A stretch of 64,000 nucleotides of DNA. It comes from a virus (lineage: Duplodnaviria > Heunggongvirae > Uroviricota > Caudoviricetes). Positions 62,867 to 64,000 of this stretch are shown one piece after another. The position numbers and the translations under genes were made by a program. The notes under the pieces were generated by a model. It worked only from the letters and a program-made list of their open reading frames with translations. It did no database searches and was not told where the DNA came from. Every line of letters starts with the position of its first letter. Position 1 is the stretch's first letter. The stretch lies in IMG/VR virus record IMGVR_UViG_3300047444_000299, positions 1 to 64,000 of that record; one strand, written 5' to 3'.

Positions 62867-63082
62867 ATGGTCATGAAATTAGCCCAAATCATAGAAGCAA
62901 TCAAAAACAACCATCTGGAAACAGTTAAAAAGGAATTGGTCCGGTATGGGGATATTTTGGAATCGAACGATTGGGAAAGCGAGAAAGGTTGTCACCGCCG
63001 CTATATCATCAAACGGCTGGATTCGGTTTTTGTGGTGGCAATGTTGAACGGTGATACCCTCACAATTAAACAACAAAACTAA
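62867..63082 (+). CDS. hypothetical protein
   Basis: 71 aa. Confidence 0.5.
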   Translation: MVMKLAQIIEAIKNNHLETVKKELVRYGDILESNDWESEKGCHRRYIIKRLDSVFVVAMLNGDTLTIKQQN

Positions 63083-63091
63083 TTGACAACC

Positions 63092-63134
63092 AACCCGGCC
63101 TAGACTATGATTGGTTCTAGGCCGGGTTGTTTTA
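63092..63134 (+). terminator. rho-independent terminator (13-bp stem AACCCGGCCTAGA/TCTAGGCCGGGTT)
   Basis: long perfect hairpin followed by GTTTTA. Confidence 0.65.
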
Positions 63135-63180
63135 CCGGGAGACAAACACCCCGGCTGCCTGTTAGAATTTTTCCAAAAAT

Positions 63181-63263
63181 TTTAAAATAATTGCATCAAA
63201 TGCTTGCATTGCATCAAATACATGTCATAATGTCCCTACACCAACCGAAAAGAGGGTTACAAA
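63181..63263 (+). promoter_or_regulatory. PeSL-like cassette (type a, -10 CATAAT)
   Basis: as above. Confidence 0.5.
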
Positions 63264-63599
63264 ATGGAACTGCAAAACATAGCTAAGCTGGCGTTTGATG
63301 CAATGGGGCCAGCCGGTCACCATGCAAGGGTTGGGCGCGGTTGTGGTCGGGTTTACGTTGAACTGTTTACAGACCAATATAAAAGCATTCGCAAGGGTTC
63401 GGTGGTTGCCAAGGCTTTCGAGAAAGCCGGGTTTAAAATGTTCCCACGTCCAAACCATACCGGCGTGCAAATTTATATCGGTTACGACAATTCGACCGGG
63501 ATCGAATGGAATAAGGCCGAAGCTGTAGCCGCTTCCCTCAAGGCTAACGGGTTGGGCGAACATGGTTTAAAATGCACCGTTAGCGGTGACGGTGATTAA
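63264..63599 (+). CDS. hypothetical protein
   Basis: 111 aa. Confidence 0.5.
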   Translation: MELQNIAKLAFDAMGPAGHHARVGRGCGRVYVELFTDQYKSIRKGSVVAKAFEKAGFKMFPRPNHTGVQIYIGYDNSTGIEWNKAEAVAASLKANGLGEHGLKCTVSGDGD

Positions 63600-63678
63600 A
63601 ATTTGATACAAAGGGGTTGTATTTGATGCAACCCCTGTTATACTGACCCTACCAAATACGAATTTAGGAGTTTCAAAA
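63600..63678 (+). promoter_or_regulatory. PeSL-like cassette
   Basis: leader CTACCAAATACGAATTTAGGAG. Confidence 0.55.
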
Positions 63679-63921
63679 ATGGCACGTCAATCCCGTTACA
63701 CCGTTAAAGACCTACGCGCAGATATCGCGGAAATGAATAAAACCCTGATGCCGTCCGGTTACTATCTGGGGGTTGAATGTCGCAACGGCTATACCGGTCT
63801 GGATGAATACCGGGTAAGTACAGACCCGGCAAAGCGCGACACTTGTGTACGAAATATCGAATGCGGTTCGCCTCGGGATTGTTGGGACGCGGCTCGCATG
63901 TATTCACCCCGCGAAGCCTAA
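63679..63921 (+). CDS. hypothetical protein
   Basis: 80 aa. Confidence 0.5.
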   Translation: MARQSRYTVKDLRADIAEMNKTLMPSGYYLGVECRNGYTGLDEYRVSTDPAKRDTCVRNIECGSPRDCWDAARMYSPREA

Positions 63922-64000
63922 AAATTTCATCAAATAGGGGTTGCATCAAACTGTAATCCCTATATACTGACCCTACCAAATACGAATTTAGGAGTTTCAA
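63922..64000 (+). promoter_or_regulatory. PeSL-like cassette (runs off window end)
   Basis: same hairpin/TATACT/leader as 63600. Confidence 0.5.

Noticed and set aside
1-64000. tRNA genes and CRISPR arrays
   Set aside because: Searching by eye for T-loop GTTCRANYC boxes in cloverleaf context and for short regularly spaced repeats found none. The repeats that exist are promoter and terminator cassettes with coding spacers.

Overview
This window reads as a contiguous early/replication-region segment of a T4-like myovirus, plausibly a KVP40-like 'schizo-T4' phage. Essentially all genes are on the + strand. Conserved T4-type synteny includes uvsX, a DnaB-like helicase (gp41), primase (gp61), a MazG-like NTP pyrophosphatase, a DEDDh exonuclease, and topoisomerase II subunits gp39 and gp52. 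A complete RNA-repair set is present (Rnl1, PseT polynucleotide kinase/phosphatase, Rnl2), and the pseT gene is flanked by two homing-endonuclease-like genes. A NadV/NatV NAD+ salvage pair (NAMPT plus a bifunctional NMNAT-Nudix) follows. Between two terminators at about 19.1-26.5 kb lies an accessory island containing a CpdA-like metallophosphoesterase, an NfeD-like small TM protein paired with an SPFH/band-7 protein, a standalone SLOG/DprA-like protein, an HD small-alarmone-hydrolase-like protein, two tandem kinase-fold paralogs and a lipoprotein. The 3' third of the window (47.4-64 kb) is a hyperplastic region with about 31 nearly identical stem-loop/promoter/5'-leader cassettes (PeSL-like), each driving a 30-160 aa ORF of unknown function. 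Two unusual noncoding regions (46.87-47.47 kb and 48.87-50.03 kb) carry direct repeats, a C-rich/G4-prone tract and iteron-like GGTTTGAT arrays. Other notable genes are two Lar-family restriction-alleviation paralogs, a CYTH-domain protein, a Zn-ribbon-MazG fusion, a 2OG-Fe(II) oxygenase-like ORF, and GH108 and SleB-like cell-wall hydrolases. I found no tRNA genes or CRISPR arrays. All homology calls come from motif recognition by eye, not database searches.
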